DNA from: Selaginella moellendorffii
Taxonomy: Eukaryota > Plantae > Lycopodiophyta
DNA length: 64,000 bases
Assembly (NCBI RefSeq): GCF_000143415.4
Contig: NW_003314288.1
Coordinates: forward strand, 208,002-272,001
Direction of reading: 5' to 3'
Shown here: positions 37,698 through 50,385 of the stretch, piece after piece
Layout: each line of letters begins with the position of its first letter
How positions within the stretch are numbered: position 1 is the first letter of the stretch
Notes under the pieces: generated by a model
Database searches by the model: none
Told to the model about the DNA's origin: nothing
Seen by the model: only the letters and a program-made list of their open reading frames with translations
Program-made: the position numbers and the translations under genes

Positions 37698-39252
37698 GAT
37701 TTGCTGCTCAGACTAAGAGAAGAGAGAAGTGGTTTGATTTGTGAGGCAGGAGGGGCTCATATTTATAGCTCGAGGCAGCACACAATGCTTGATGGAGTCT
37801 AGAGAGTTGTCTTGGGACGGCATTGCTTAGTCCTTATAGTCAAGTTCCGTGTTTTGAAATTTCTTCTCTTTTCTATAATGCTGGGATCCACATAATTCTC
37901 GGGCGCTCTCCAAATGAGGATCCTTACATGATTTGTTTCTCCCAAGTCAGTCACTCTAGCTCGACAAAATCTTCTACCGTTGCTAAAACCTTACAAGTTC
38001 ATACTACTTGCAGATAGAGAAAGCCGTTTGGCTCGAAAGATGGAAGTAGCCTAGTGTTTGAAAGCAACACATGTTCTTGTAAGACCCTCGGCCCCCTCGG
38101 CCCGTGTAGGAGCTGGAGTGGTTGATGGTATTCCACTCTCTCACTTATGTTGTCTCGTTGTCTCCACACTCTCTAGGTCATCCAGCTCAAGCTCCAAGTA
38201 GATAAGAATAATTTCTCACGAAACCATGCTGTTCTCAAAACATAAACAAGTAATTGCCCAGCAAATGCTGGGTGGTTGGTTCTGGTTGCCAGCCTCAGCT
38301 AATTCGACTAGACTAGAAGTGCACGGCTATGACTGAATCTGGGTGATTAGCAAGTAGATAGAGAGCTTCTATTCCTCCCACATGCACCAACAGTGGCAGG
38401 CAGTAGCTATCATGCCTTTTCTCCATGGCAGCCCATCGTGATTTTTACTTTGCCCAATTCCAGCAGCAGTGGCAGCTACACTATTACGCCCCTCTCCTGG
38501 TGCAACCAAAGCCCTGCAATGTATGGCTGAGGCCAAAGCAGTGGCATGGTGATTTTGACGATGCTAGGCCTGAGCCATCACCTACAGCCAAAAATGCCAC
38601 TATCACCGAGTGGAGAGATTTCAGTAGGGCAAATGCCACCAAGTGGATTGACGGTTATGCCCTAACCACCCCAAGCTCCTCCAACCTCTTCGTATTGTCA
38701 TAGTGTTTTGCGTGGCATTGGGGCATGGGGAGAGTGATTGCTGGACGGGAATTTGGTTCTCATAGCAAATGCACAAGGCAGCAGTTGCTGATAGTGCCTG
38801 AGGTCTTCACTAGAGAATTCTAGAGTTTTCAAGAAGCTCCTGAGGAGAACAGAGGACATGCTGACCTGTATTGGAATAGTCTACAACAAGTGCCTAACCA
38901 TGGCATTTTCTGCAAGCGTCAAACTAGCGCCTATTTGCCAGAAAGTGGTGCTTCACATTTATCTGGAGCATCTTGATGCCTTTTGCGACACTTTGGTAGA
39001 GGCCATGTGCATATCCCACCACCCGATGTAAGAGATGACCAAATGTCCACAGTTTTAGCTTCAAGGGAAATGTCGCTGCGGTGTAATATAACAACACAAC
39101 GGCAGCTTGCCCATCCAAGCTCTTGCAAGCTGCTTTTCCACCTGAAGACCACAAAAGCTTGGAGGATGAGAGGCAAAGTGCTTGATACCTTTGTTCAGCC
39201 GTTACCTACTCTAGGCATCTTATGGGAATTGTGCTTGGTCTTGAGTGAGTTT

Positions 39253-42200
39253 TGAAACGAATCGACTCTACTAAAGATTGAATTGATAACACGCTGTTAT
39301 AATCTATCTCAGTCTAACTGTCGCGACCGTTGACTCTTCAGCTTGTCGGCATATTCCCCTGAATATTAACACTCCCACTCAAGCTGAACGTCGACGTTGC
39401 GTCAGTTCTTTGGCTGCACTCCAAGTGCCTGTGCATGCTGCTGGAACAGAGCTGGAGCAAGAGCTTTGGTGAAGATATCCGCCACCATCTCCTTGGTAGT
39501 GCAGTAGACCAGCTCCACAGTCTGCAGAGCAACCTGTTCACGTATAAAATGGAACTGAACCTGAATGTGCTTGGTCCTGCAATGGAACTTCGGATTTTTC
39601 GCCAATGCTATGGCTCCTTGATTATCGCAGAAGAGCTCCGTCACTTCCTCCTGCTTATAGCTGAGCCCGTCCAGCAAAGTTCTCAGCCAAATGCACTCCT
39701 TGGCTGCTTGAGTGATGCCGATATACTCTGCCTCAGTGCTTGACAATGCTACGACTGGCTGTCGCTGGCTGTTCCATGTAACCGCTGCACTGCCCAGAGT
39801 AAACAAATAACCTGAAGTTGATCGCCGCTGATCCACTTCGCCAGCCCAATCTGCATCTGAGTATCCCTGAAGCAGCAGCCACGAGTGCTTTGTCTGGCGC
39901 TCATAGCTTAGCACAAACTCGCTGGTGCTCTTCAGGTACCGGAAAATCCGCTTAACGGCTTGCCAATGCTGGAAGCCGGGGTTGGCCAAGAACTGGGACA
40001 CTACTCCCACTGAGTAGGCAATGTCCGGACGAGTACACACCATCAGGTAGACCAGGCTGCCCACCATCTGACGGTATGGAATCCGATCCATCGCTCGCTT
40101 GTCACCTTCTGTGGCCGGAGACATCTCCCGACTAAGATGCAATCCCACCTCCATTGGTGTTGACGCCGCACTGACGTCCTGAAGCTTGAACTTCTCGAGC
40201 AGCTCGTCAATGTACTTCTTTTGTGACATCTGAAGCACACTCCTCCCCCTGTCACGGAAGATCTCAATGCCGAGGCAGTACTTGACTGGTCCAAGGTCCA
40301 CCATCTTGAATTTGGAGCTCAGGTCCTGCTTCAGCTGCTGAATCAGCCGCTTGCTCTTGCTGAGCAGCAGACAATCATCCACATAAAGGGCTAGGATGAT
40401 GAGCTTGCCTCCCACTCGCTTCTGGTACACGTTGGTGTCTGCTAACATGCTGGTGAAGCCAAGTGACAGCAGAAACGAGTTCATCTTTGAGAACCACGCT
40501 CGGGGTGACTGCTTCAACCCGTAAAGGGCCTTTTTAAGACGACACACAAGGTGCTCCTGGCCTGGCTTGACAAAGCCTGCCGGCTGCTCGATATAGACCT
40601 CCTCATCAAGGTCACCGTTGAGGAATGCTGTGGTTACGTCCATGTGCTCCACCTCCATATCCTCCTGAGCAGCTAAATTGAGCAGCAGTCGGATAGAGGT
40701 GAGCTTCACCACTGGTGAAAAAGTCTCGTAAAAATCCACACCTTCGACCTGAGAAAATCCGTGAGCTACAAATCGGACTTTGTGTCGAGTGCTGCCATCC
40801 GGAGTCATCTTCACTCGCAGGAGGAACTTGGTTTTGATTACCTTCCGCCCTGGTGGGAGCTTCACTAAGTCCCACGTCTGGTTTGCCATCAACGCATCAT
40901 ATTCCACCTGACGAGCGGCTTCCCACTTGGATGCGTCTGGACCAGCTAAGGCTTCCTCCAAGGTTTGAGGCACCAAAGCATCTCTGCCTTGGCTGAAGAG
41001 TAGCATGAACGTTGACCCTTCCTGTTCTGCACCTGCCTCCTCGCTGGAAGCAAAGTAAAACGACTCACCAGAGCCTGAGGGAGCTTGAGGAGCCGATGCT
41101 GCTCTTTCTCTCACTGCCTTAGCCTCTGCTCTAGACTCACGCTTGGCAACAGCAAGATCACGCTGCTCCTGGTACTGGTGCCCTGCCTCTGTGAGCTTTG
41201 TTACTCGAGTGGATCGACGTAACGGTGGAGCTGAAACGGCAACCTCTCTGCCATCTGAAGCCTGCTGATCAAGACCCACTGCCTGATCACTCGCTTGAGA
41301 GCTCCCCCCCTGATCGGCCTGACTCCCACCCGCTGGTGAGATCGGATTACCGCCACCTGCAGCTGGAGGCTCACTAACTCCAGCTCCGATTGCTGAACCT
41401 GGCCCCAGATCACGCTGGCTCCCACCGGCTCCATGCCCTGTGGCTGAACCCTGCGTACCTGGCTGGCATCCGCTCCTCGTTCTCCCATAACTCGCTGCCC
41501 TAACTTCTTCATCCGAGTTATCCGAGTCCGAGGTAACCTCGGGCGATACCAAAGTTGGCGGTGGTGGGAGGGCCCGAGTGCCGTAAGTTCTGGTCTCGTC
41601 AAAGATGACATCTCTGGCCACAATCAACTTCTGAGTCTCCAGGTTGAACAACTTGTAGCCTTTCATCTGTTTGGAGTAGCCGACGAGAACACACTTCTGA
41701 CTGGTTCTTTCAAGCTTGCTGCGATGATGTCGCTTTACATGAGCGTAGCAGACACTCCCGAACACTCGCAGATGGCTGATGTCTGGTTTACTCCCATACC
41801 AAGCTTGATAGGGAGTTTGACCCGAAACTGTAACAGTGAGCTGTCTGTTCCTCAGATAAGCGGCGGTCTCCATCGCCTCACACCAAAAAAACTTTGGAAG
41901 GCCTGAGTCTTCCAGCAGGGTTCTTGCTACATCTTGCAGCGTCCTGTTCATCCTCTCTGCTACACCGTTCTGCTGCTGAGTGTCTGGGATGGAGAATTGA
42001 CGTTGTATTCCAGCTGAACTACAAAACTCATCAAATTCTCTCGACACAAACTCGCCACCGCCATCGCTCCTGAATGCCTTGATCAGCTTTCCTGTCTGGA
42101 GCTCCACCTGAGCTTTGTAGTCCTTGAACTTCTAGAACACCTCTGATTTCTTCCTTAGGAACTTGATGGCCACGATGCGAGAAAAATTGTCCACGAACGT

Positions 42201-43939
42201 GACAAAGTACTGTTTCCCGTCTCTGGACATATTCGGCATCGTGCCAACATCAGAGTGAACCAAGTCCAGGATTCCCTTAGCTCGGTTAGTGGATGCAGTT
42301 GGATGAGGGAGCCTATGAGCTTTACCCAGTGCACACGGCTCGCAAAACGAGCTGCCACCTACTGGAGGAGTTATGCGGAGGCCGATCACCAGCTCCTGCT
42401 TGCTTAGCTGCTTCAATGCCTGCTGGTTGGTGTGACCCAATCTCCTGTGCCAAGTCGCAGTGTCGACTGCCTTCTGGGCACCGGCGTAGCACAACCGCTG
42501 TGGCTGGATCACTTCTGCATTCAGCCTGTAAAGGCCCGAGTACCTACGTCCACTGGCCAGCATCTTGTCATCTGATCCTTTGATCCTGCAGCCATTGTTG
42601 TCAAACTCGACTTTAAGGCCATGATCAGCGATCTTCCCGACTGAGAACAGCGTCTTCGGGACTCCAGGAACGTAGTACACGTTGTGAATGGGAACCACTT
42701 GTCCAGATGCTAGCTGCACCTGAATTGTCCCCACACCTTTCACTTCATGAGAGTAGTCATCACCTAGGTAAATCCTCTGGTCCTTGACTGGTAGCAGCTT
42801 GGAGAACAGCTCTCAGACGTGTGTCATGTGCTGGTTTGCTCCAGAGTCGACCCACACAACCTCTGCTGCTGTGGTACTGACTGTACTCACTCGATCGGGC
42901 TGTGTCGACTGGTGACTCTGGTGCTTCTCTGCACTCACCCTCCTTGCCATGAACAGACTGTCATGGCACTCAGCTTCATCTTCATCTTCCTCATCTGAAG
43001 TTGCTGCCTCTCTCTTCGAATGAGCAGATTTTGCATAGTTTGCCACCTGCTTCTTCTTGCCTTTCTTCGCCATCGCATCCTTCCTGGCCTGCCATGCCTT
43101 CTTTGCCTCAGCATGAGTGCAGTCTCTGGCAAAATGACCTGGTGCTTTGCATGCGTTGCATCTGTCATCACGTTTGCTGCGCTTGCTCTTGCTGGTGCCG
43201 CCTTTGTCCACCTTATTCACTGGGCCCAGCCGATCCCACACTGTGGTTGACCGCTTGCCGTTTGCTGTGAACAGAGCAAGTTCTACCTTCTCCTCCTTGT
43301 TCTTTTCCTCGGGGCTGAGGAAGTTCTCAAGAGCTGAGAGTTCTGCAACAATCTCCTCAAAGGTGAGGTGAGAATTCATGAGATGGGCTCCAGAAACGAG
43401 TAAGGTTGTGGAGAGTCCCTTGAACAGCGCTGATGTGAGCTCGTCGTCACCGACCGGATTCTCCTGAGCGTCAGTGATCTGCTGTGCAAGGCCCATAAGG
43501 CGACTGGCATAGTCATTTACTGAACTACTGCCCTGTTGACACCCGTTGAACTGGGTTTTCAGATCGATCAACCGTGCCCTGCTGCATGTGCCAAAAACCT
43601 GGCAGATCTTCTCCCAATTCGCCTTCGCTGTATCCTCCATGTTCAGGTGGCTCCTGTATCTTTTTGCCAGAGCGCGACCTAAGATGCCCAATGCCTTGTC
43701 GTTCTTGGCATCCCAATCCTTGCGCTCTGCTTTCAAGGTGTCCACCGGATCCTCATCCTTTGTTTTTTTCTTCACCCTCCCGGGAAACTCGTCTTGATCA
43801 GAATCTGAGCTCCGATACCATGAAACGAATCGACTCGACTAGAGATTGAATTGATAACACGCTGTTATAATCTATCTCAGTCTAACTGTCGCGACCGTTG
43901 ACTCTTCAGCTTGTCGGCATATTCCCCTGAATATTAACA
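39253..43939 (-). mobile_element. Young Ty1/copia LTR retrotransposon with 119-bp LTRs
   Basis: LTRs 39253-39371 and 43821-43939 (2 differences), perfect TSD AGTTT, PBS TGGTATCGGAGC, PPT GAGTGGGAG. Confidence 0.97.
39402..43775 (-). pseudogene. Copia gag-pol in one frame with two in-frame stops
   Basis: CNACKAPGHFARDC knuckle, WVDSGANQHM protease, WHRRLGH...CEPC, SDGGGEF/QNGVAERMNRTL integrase, YVDD RT, YSDADWAG RNaseH. Stops at 42813 (TGA) and 42132 (TAG). Confidence 0.93.
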
Positions 43940-44345
43940 AGTTTTTGATGGAGTGGCATCTGCATATCCAAACTTTAGTGAGCTTTTCTCTGCTTGGAAG
44001 CCATCAGAGATATATTGACTTAAAGGAATCTTGGCAAGCTTCTGTGAGAGCCTAGCCAATCTCCCAACTATGGCAAGCTCAAGCAATTGGTGTGCTAGCT
44101 CTTTGCCTTTTATCATTTGTTATGAGATATGAGATTTGGGAGCTTGATACAAGTTACTACAATGTCTTGACACTCATTTAAGTACATGGCACACATCATG
44201 TTATCCTGGCTCCACTCTTTTTGCATCGACTTGGCATGCTGTTAAGGTGGCATGCATGAAGCTTCAAATGTATGTATAAGGTCTCCTGGCATTGATCCTT
44301 TAGAGTGATCAACACCATCATTCATTCATATATAGAGCGAGCTCG

Positions 44346-44347
<2 letters not shown>

Positions 44348-44376
<29 letters not shown>
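44348..44376. repeat. (CT)n microsatellite
   Basis: About 14 CT units visible. Confidence 0.95.
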
Positions 44377-44381
<5 letters not shown>

Positions 44382-44539
44382 CCAACGAGGTCGTGACAGA
44401 AGATGGATGTGCCTTCAACTTTTACAGTAAAATCTTTAGCAGCTCCAAAAGGATCATAAGGCATTGGCACAAGCCAATCTCCAGTTACATAGTTAAATCT
44501 AACAGCTTCATAGTCAGCCCCAATCTTCTACTTCGTTTT

Positions 44540-45880
44540 TCTTTTATATTTTCTAGATCCGATCACAAAATTTACTGTTACATGAAGAGCTCGTGTGCAA
44601 ACACTTGCAGCTCCCAGAGGCTATCCCGTTCTGGGCCATCATTGCATCTAGAGGTCCTTTGAGGTCTTAATTAAACCACTTTCAGCCCGTTCTGCAGAAA
44701 AATTGTCAGGCAGCTCTTGTCAGTGAAAGCCATGTCCCAGACCTGCAAAGGTTAAATATAAAAGAAAGAGAAGCCCAACTTACTTCTCTTCTTGTTGTTT
44801 CCAGGCATCTATAGCACTAGCTGGACGGACAGAGAACCAAGCCGAAAGTGGAGCAGTAGCTTCATGAAATGGCACCCAGAGATCAGTAGCAAGCTTGCAA
44901 AGGCCTTGGAGCTCCAACATGCAAAGTTCCTAAGCAAAGAAGTTGCATCATGATTCTATGAGAATCTTGATGCTTCTTATGCTGCAAGCAGTTATGAGCC
45001 AAATCACATCTGGAATGTTGACAAAACTAGTGTCTGAGTTAATTGTTCTAGAGGTGTCAAAGTTTTGGACACCCGAGGCACTCCCAAACAACATGAGCAC
45101 ATGACTGCTCTTGTGGCAGTGAATGCTGCTACCTGGATTCTTTATCTTCAAAGGCAAGTGGAGGATGCAAAACTGGATTGCAGATTACAAAGTGGGAGCT
45201 ACATTCGCCATCACTAAGAAAGCTTGAATAATAGAAAATCTATTGGCTTGAACCTTTATGAAATCAATCCCTAATGGATGCTCACCTACAACTGCCACAC
45301 TCTCATTGTTGATGGCCACAGGTACCAAACTTGTCCTGGAAACAGCAACACTGTTAGGCGTGGACGTGATATTACTACCCATCTCACCACATGCAACCTT
45401 TGGACATCAGCCCCTACAAGCATTACTTTTGACAGTGCATGGATGAACACACTCTTGGACATCTTGGACACAAAGTCAATTGCAATTATCCAGCTGAGCT
45501 ATGGCTATGGCTATAACACCTGCAAACATACAATCTGGATTCAGAGCAAGTGGTTTGTGGTTGTTGAACAAGATTGCCATGGACACTCACTTTGGACCAA
45601 GTACACAACTCTCAACGATTTTGAACCAGATTTTGAAAACAACTTTGGAGGCTCAGAAGCTGGCCAAGACATTAGCAACAACTTCAATCACGAACTAGAA
45701 CCCAAGTAGCACTAGGATCTTGTGCAGCCCAAGCACTATAAGGCCCATCCAATGTAACCCGAGGTGCTTGAGATCCATACAGTGTAGCACAAGTAGCAAC
45801 CTAGCAGCCAACCCAACCAGCTTGAGCATCCCAAGCTTCCTGAAAAGCTTAAGCAACCAAATCAAGGTGAAAACACTTCC
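44540..45880 (+). pseudogene. pogo/Fot1-like DDE transposase relic
   Basis: QIWNVDKT, EHMTALVAVNAA, LIVDGHR, NIQSGFRASGLW motifs in broken frames. Confidence 0.72.
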
Positions 45881-46031
45881 TAGTGGATGTTCTCATTAAC
45901 TCCCGGCTTTGTCTCCTAGGGTATTCACTTATGAAAATGACAGGGTGGCATTCCTTCATGCAAAATTATTTAAAGAGAACCAAATCATCTTTTACTTAGC
46001 ACTAGTTCAAGACGCTTGGCTTCTCTTCACA

Positions 46032-47850
46032 TGGTATTAGAGCCGTAGGTTAGAATTGTTTTTGGCACAAGTAGTGCTTTAGATGCTAGGACAGGATGGC
46101 ATTGTCTTCATTCCTCCAAAGAAATGGAGCAATTTTATAGGACGAATTTTCTCAACTAGAAAGAATGTGTATATTTCTAGTTTATGGGGTGGGGACTTTG
46201 ACCTGTAGGAAGAAAATATCGATAAATAAAACAAGTGGTAAGATCTAGATGTCAGGGTGAATGGAGCTTTAGGAAGAGGATTTGGCCCTCTCTATAGTGT
46301 CCACATGAATGTGGAAAAGACTTCTACTCACAATTGGATTACAATTTGTGAGATTATGGAAGTAGATCTATAAGAGGATGTAGACGTGATTTTTTATCAC
46401 AAGGAACTCTACAGCTTGGAGCAGCAGCCCAATGAGCAAGTACAAGATTACATCACCTGGATCTTGTGTAAGGTGGTGGAGATTCTGCTACTGGATCCAG
46501 ATTGCGGTGTTACATATCAAGAGTTCAATGCTGTCTTTTGTAAAGGCCTTGCAACTTGGTGCCATGAAGTCTCATATCTTAGATGCATCAAGAAAATTCC
46601 CGACACCATCCAGTGGCAAATTTTTGCTGAGCTCATGCAGTATGAGAAGACCATCGTTGGCAAAGGCAAATCTGCTGAGCAGGAAGAGATTGCCATGATG
46701 ACTCATGGCAATCAACAAGCATAAGAAGGGTGCTCCTCTGTTTTTAATTGACTTGGAAGCAAATGCTCCAACAGTAAGGAGGATATGTTCAAAGCATGGG
46801 CACCTGAGTAGGGATTGTCCCATGAATTATTGTTACAAAATTATTCAACTTTTGAGTAAGAGTTATTCTTAGAGCTAAGGCAATGCACAAGCCAAGTGCA
46901 ACTCATAGCTAATAGCTTGTTAACAGTTAAAGGTGTAGGCACAATTCAAGTGTGACTACTAATAGACTTGGTGGTTCCAGTCAAGCATGTGTGGTACATT
47001 CCCAAGGCTCAACATTTCTTGGTGTCCCTCGGACAAATGTTGGAGTAAAGATTTGACACGATGATTGTGTCAAGATCATACATTTAGAGGTTGGATATGT
47101 GGCTTTTGCAAGTAAGATAGGATGGTTTTTCCAGATGGATTATGAAGTTTATATCCTAAGGAAGTTGCTAGATACGATGATAGTGGCTACTGTGAGTTCA
47201 TCTTTAGAAGGAGTTGTAGATATCCAAACCTGGCATCATCAGCTTTGCCATATAAACTACAAAATGATTCAACAATTGCAACAAGACCATATGGTTGAAG
47301 GCTTAGCCATCACACCATTTTCAATGCTATTATGCAAACCATGCATAATGGGCAAGCATGTTCAACTTTAGCACGAGTATTCATATGATAGGTCCTCTCG
47401 AGCTGGTGCACTTGGACTTGTATAGTCCATTTAAGAGGTAATTTATTTCATTCATAGATAAAGCTATAAGGTATGTACTAAGGAAAATTTGCCTACATTT
47501 AAAGTTTATAAGCATGAAGTGTAGAACTAGCTTGATTTGCATATCAAAGTGCTCTACTCTAATGGAGGAGTTCCAAACACTCCTGAATAGAGCTAGCTAG
47601 GATGATCATAGTTGATGTTAGTCTTCCTCCCAAGTTTTGGGATTGTGCTATAGCCACAGTTGTCTTTATGTGTAATAGGGTGTTAATTACAGTTGTTCAA
47701 GACAAGATGCCTTATAGAGCTTGGACTGGACGACATTCATGGATGGATATCTTTGTTGGGGGAATGCCAACATTCACTCAAACACGAGAAATGCCCAATG
47801 TTCTCCAGGATAGGGAATATTCTAGAAATTAGAATATTCTATCTCTCTAT
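46032..47850 (+). pseudogene. Degenerate Ty1/copia relic
   Basis: PBS-like TGGTATTAGAGCC, gag-like ORF 46386-46724, CSKHGHLSRDC knuckle, TWHHQLCHIN...CKPC, LPPKFWDCAIAT integrase fragment. Confidence 0.75.
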
Positions 47851-47859
47851 GATCTTAAG

Positions 47860-47975
47860 CACCAAGAAAGCCTTGGTCCTTATGATTTATTGCTCAGACT
47901 AAGATCAAGTAGGCTTGTATACTAGAGAGAAATGATTTGACCTGTGAGGCAGGAGGGGGTCACATTTATAGCTCA
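47860..47975 (-). pseudogene. 5' remnant (promoter, UTR, first codons) of a seventh type A peptide gene
   Basis: Matches 27040-27150 and 33905-34020; ATG mutated and body replaced by the copia relic. Confidence 0.65.
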
Positions 47976-48468
47976 AGGCAGCACAAAATGTTAGATGGAG
48001 TCTAGAGAGTTGTCTTGGGATGAATTCACTTATTTCTTATCTCTTGAGTAAAAGTGGTTCTGTGTTTGCCAATTCTTTTTTTTTTCTTTCTATAATGCTT
48101 CTCCAACCTTCAAATCGTTATCTCAAAAGTCACTCTAGCATTGCCAAAACTTTACAAGAGTTTGACTCAAAGTTCCACAGAACTTGGATGATATTATACT
48201 GAACACAAACCAGATGTAAAGTTCTTGTCTTCCATTTTGACCACAGACTCAGTACGGCCACTTCAAGTCACCTGCAAACAAGCAAAGTAGTCTCTTCTCA
48301 CTGGCAAGTTCTTGACAATCTCTTGGGCATTCCAGACCTGCCTAGCACGCCCAAATAGATCGATCATGCAGCAGTAATGATCAACAACGGGAGCACATGA
48401 CCAGAAAGTGGTCCATGCTTCAGCCATCCGCTGCATTATGTTATTCTATTCACTAAATCTTGTTAAAG

Positions 48469-50247
48469 TTATAAAGGTTGACGCAGCTGCTTTTGCAGAT
48501 TTGACATGAGCACGTAGAGTGCCGAGTCCCCTGGTTTCATCTCGAAGAGTTTCTCTGCGGCACGAGCTGCAACATCGATGTTCTTACCGCTACCATGAAC
48601 TTTGCAAGCGCTGATCAAGCTCTTCCACGCGAGGAAATGTGGCTGGAAGGGCATCACCAGCAGCAGACCTTCAGCCTCGGCAACCATCCCGGCTCGTCCC
48701 AGCACATCTGCCATCGCCTGGAAGTGAATCACATTTGGAGAAATGCTGTACTCGGCCACCATAGATCGAAAGTAGTCGAGTGCCACACGGAGCTTCCCAC
48801 CGTGATTGCAAGTCAGGAGAATCGCCTGGAAACTTATCTCGTTTCTGGCCTCGCCCTCCATCGCCATGCTACCAAAAAACTCAGCAGCTTTTCGCTCATG
48901 GCCATTCTGTGCGCAGCCATGGATCATCGCGTTCCACGACACAATGCTCCGATCAGGCAATGTGGAGAAGATCTTCCCGGCCTGCAAGAGATTCCCCCTT
49001 TGAGCGCTCGCGGCAAGGATCGCGTTCCAGCTCGCTGTGTCTCTCACCGGCATGGCCGCGAAGAGCTCCCGCGCTTGGATGAGGCAATTGCTCTGGATGT
49101 AAGCTCCCAGCATCGTGTTCCACGCGACGCTATCGTGCTGTGGCATTTTGTCGAACAAGGCTCTGGCATCGATCAAGCTCCCGTGCAAAGCAATTGCCGC
49201 CACCATTGCCGTCCAAGCGACGAGATCGCGCTGTGGCATCCGTGCAAACATCTTCATGGCTTCTTCGAGGTGGCCGTGGTTGGAGTAGGCCAAAATCATG
49301 GCAGTCCACACCACGTCGTCGTGATAAGGAGCTTGATCGAAGAGAATGCAAGCTTCTTCGAGCTGGTTTCTCTCGGCCAGTGCTGTGATCATTGTCGACC
49401 ACGATGCAACGTTCCTCTGTGGCATGGCATCAAACAGAGACCTTGCTTCTTGCAAGCTGGATGCTGCCGCTAGCATTGCGTTCCACGAGATTATGTCGCG
49501 GTGTGGCATTTTACTGAAAAGCTCCTTGGATTTTTCAATATGCCCAATCTGGGCATATGCAGTGACAAGAACAGTCCATCCCAGCTCGTTGGTTTCGGGG
49601 ATTCTCATAAACCAATTTAACGCATCGTTAACAAGACCTTTTCTTGCATACCCAGTAACCATAACAGTCCAAGAAACTATGTTGTGTTCTAGCATTCCAT
49701 CAAAAACCTGGCTTGCCTGATCCATATGCCCGTTATGGGCATATGCTGTAAGTAGCGAGTTCCAGCAAACTACATCCCATTCAGGAACCTGATCAAACAA
49801 TGCTTGGCATTCCTCTAAGTTTCCACGGTTTGCATGAGCCGTGATTACAGTGACCCATGCAACAATATCCCTTTGTGGCATCTGGTCAAACAGCTCTTTG
49901 GCTTCCTCAAGATACCCATTGTGGGCATAAGCGCCAAGCATCAAGTTCCAGGAGAATCTGTTGGGCTCGTGGATGCTGATAAACACCTGCCATGCTCGAG
50001 CCGGGCGCTCGCACCTTCCATAGAGCTGGATGAGAAGATTTGCGAGGTACCTGTTGGATTGGTGGTGGCTGCTGCCAAGGATGAGCGCGTGGAGCCTGGC
50101 GCCTTGACGCAAATCTCTTTCCTGGATGCAAGCTGTGAGGAGTTGCGCGTAGTCGTCGTCGAGCGACGACGCGCGTCGCTCTAGATCGTCCACGGCCTGT
50201 TCTAGAGGCTTCAATCGGTACGTCTGCGTGGTTGTGATTCCTCTCAT
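48469..50247 (-). CDS. Intact PLS-class pentatricopeptide repeat protein with E-type tail, no DYW (putative organellar C-to-U editing factor)
   Basis: 592-aa single ORF with about 31-aa repeats (xWNxMLxAY...ARxLFDxMPxRD) and C-terminal MADVLGRAG...W(K)SLISACKVHG...YVLMSNL. Confidence 0.92.
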   Translation of the reverse strand: MRGITTTQTYRLKPLEQAVDDLERRASSLDDDYAQLLTACIQERDLRQGARLHALILGSSHHQSNRYLANLLIQLYGRCERPARAWQVFISIHEPNRFSWNLMLGAYAHNGYLEEAKELFDQMPQRDIVAWVTVITAHANRGNLEECQALFDQVPEWDVVCWNSLLTAYAHNGHMDQASQVFDGMLEHNIVSWTVMVTGYARKGLVNDALNWFMRIPETNELGWTVLVTAYAQIGHIEKSKELFSKMPHRDIISWNAMLAAASSLQEARSLFDAMPQRNVASWSTMITALAERNQLEEACILFDQAPYHDDVVWTAMILAYSNHGHLEEAMKMFARMPQRDLVAWTAMVAAIALHGSLIDARALFDKMPQHDSVAWNTMLGAYIQSNCLIQARELFAAMPVRDTASWNAILAASAQRGNLLQAGKIFSTLPDRSIVSWNAMIHGCAQNGHERKAAEFFGSMAMEGEARNEISFQAILLTCNHGGKLRVALDYFRSMVAEYSISPNVIHFQAMADVLGRAGMVAEAEGLLLVMPFQPHFLAWKSLISACKVHGSGKNIDVAARAAEKLFEMKPGDSALYVLMSNLQKQLRQPL

Positions 50248-50385
50248 CGATCATTTCCTTTGCTTTTACCGGCGTTTTCCTGGAATACAGTAAAATCTCT
50301 CGACTGACAAGATAGAGCAATGGCGAATAAGCGTACATGGGGCAATTGGATTTGTGCAGTACAAAGGAAACGGTGGTCATAGTGT

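Noticed and set aside
48595-49473. 292-aa antisense ORF, and similar ones at 27519, 34693 and 50244
   Set aside because: Shadow frames of the PPR sequence with no recognisable domain.
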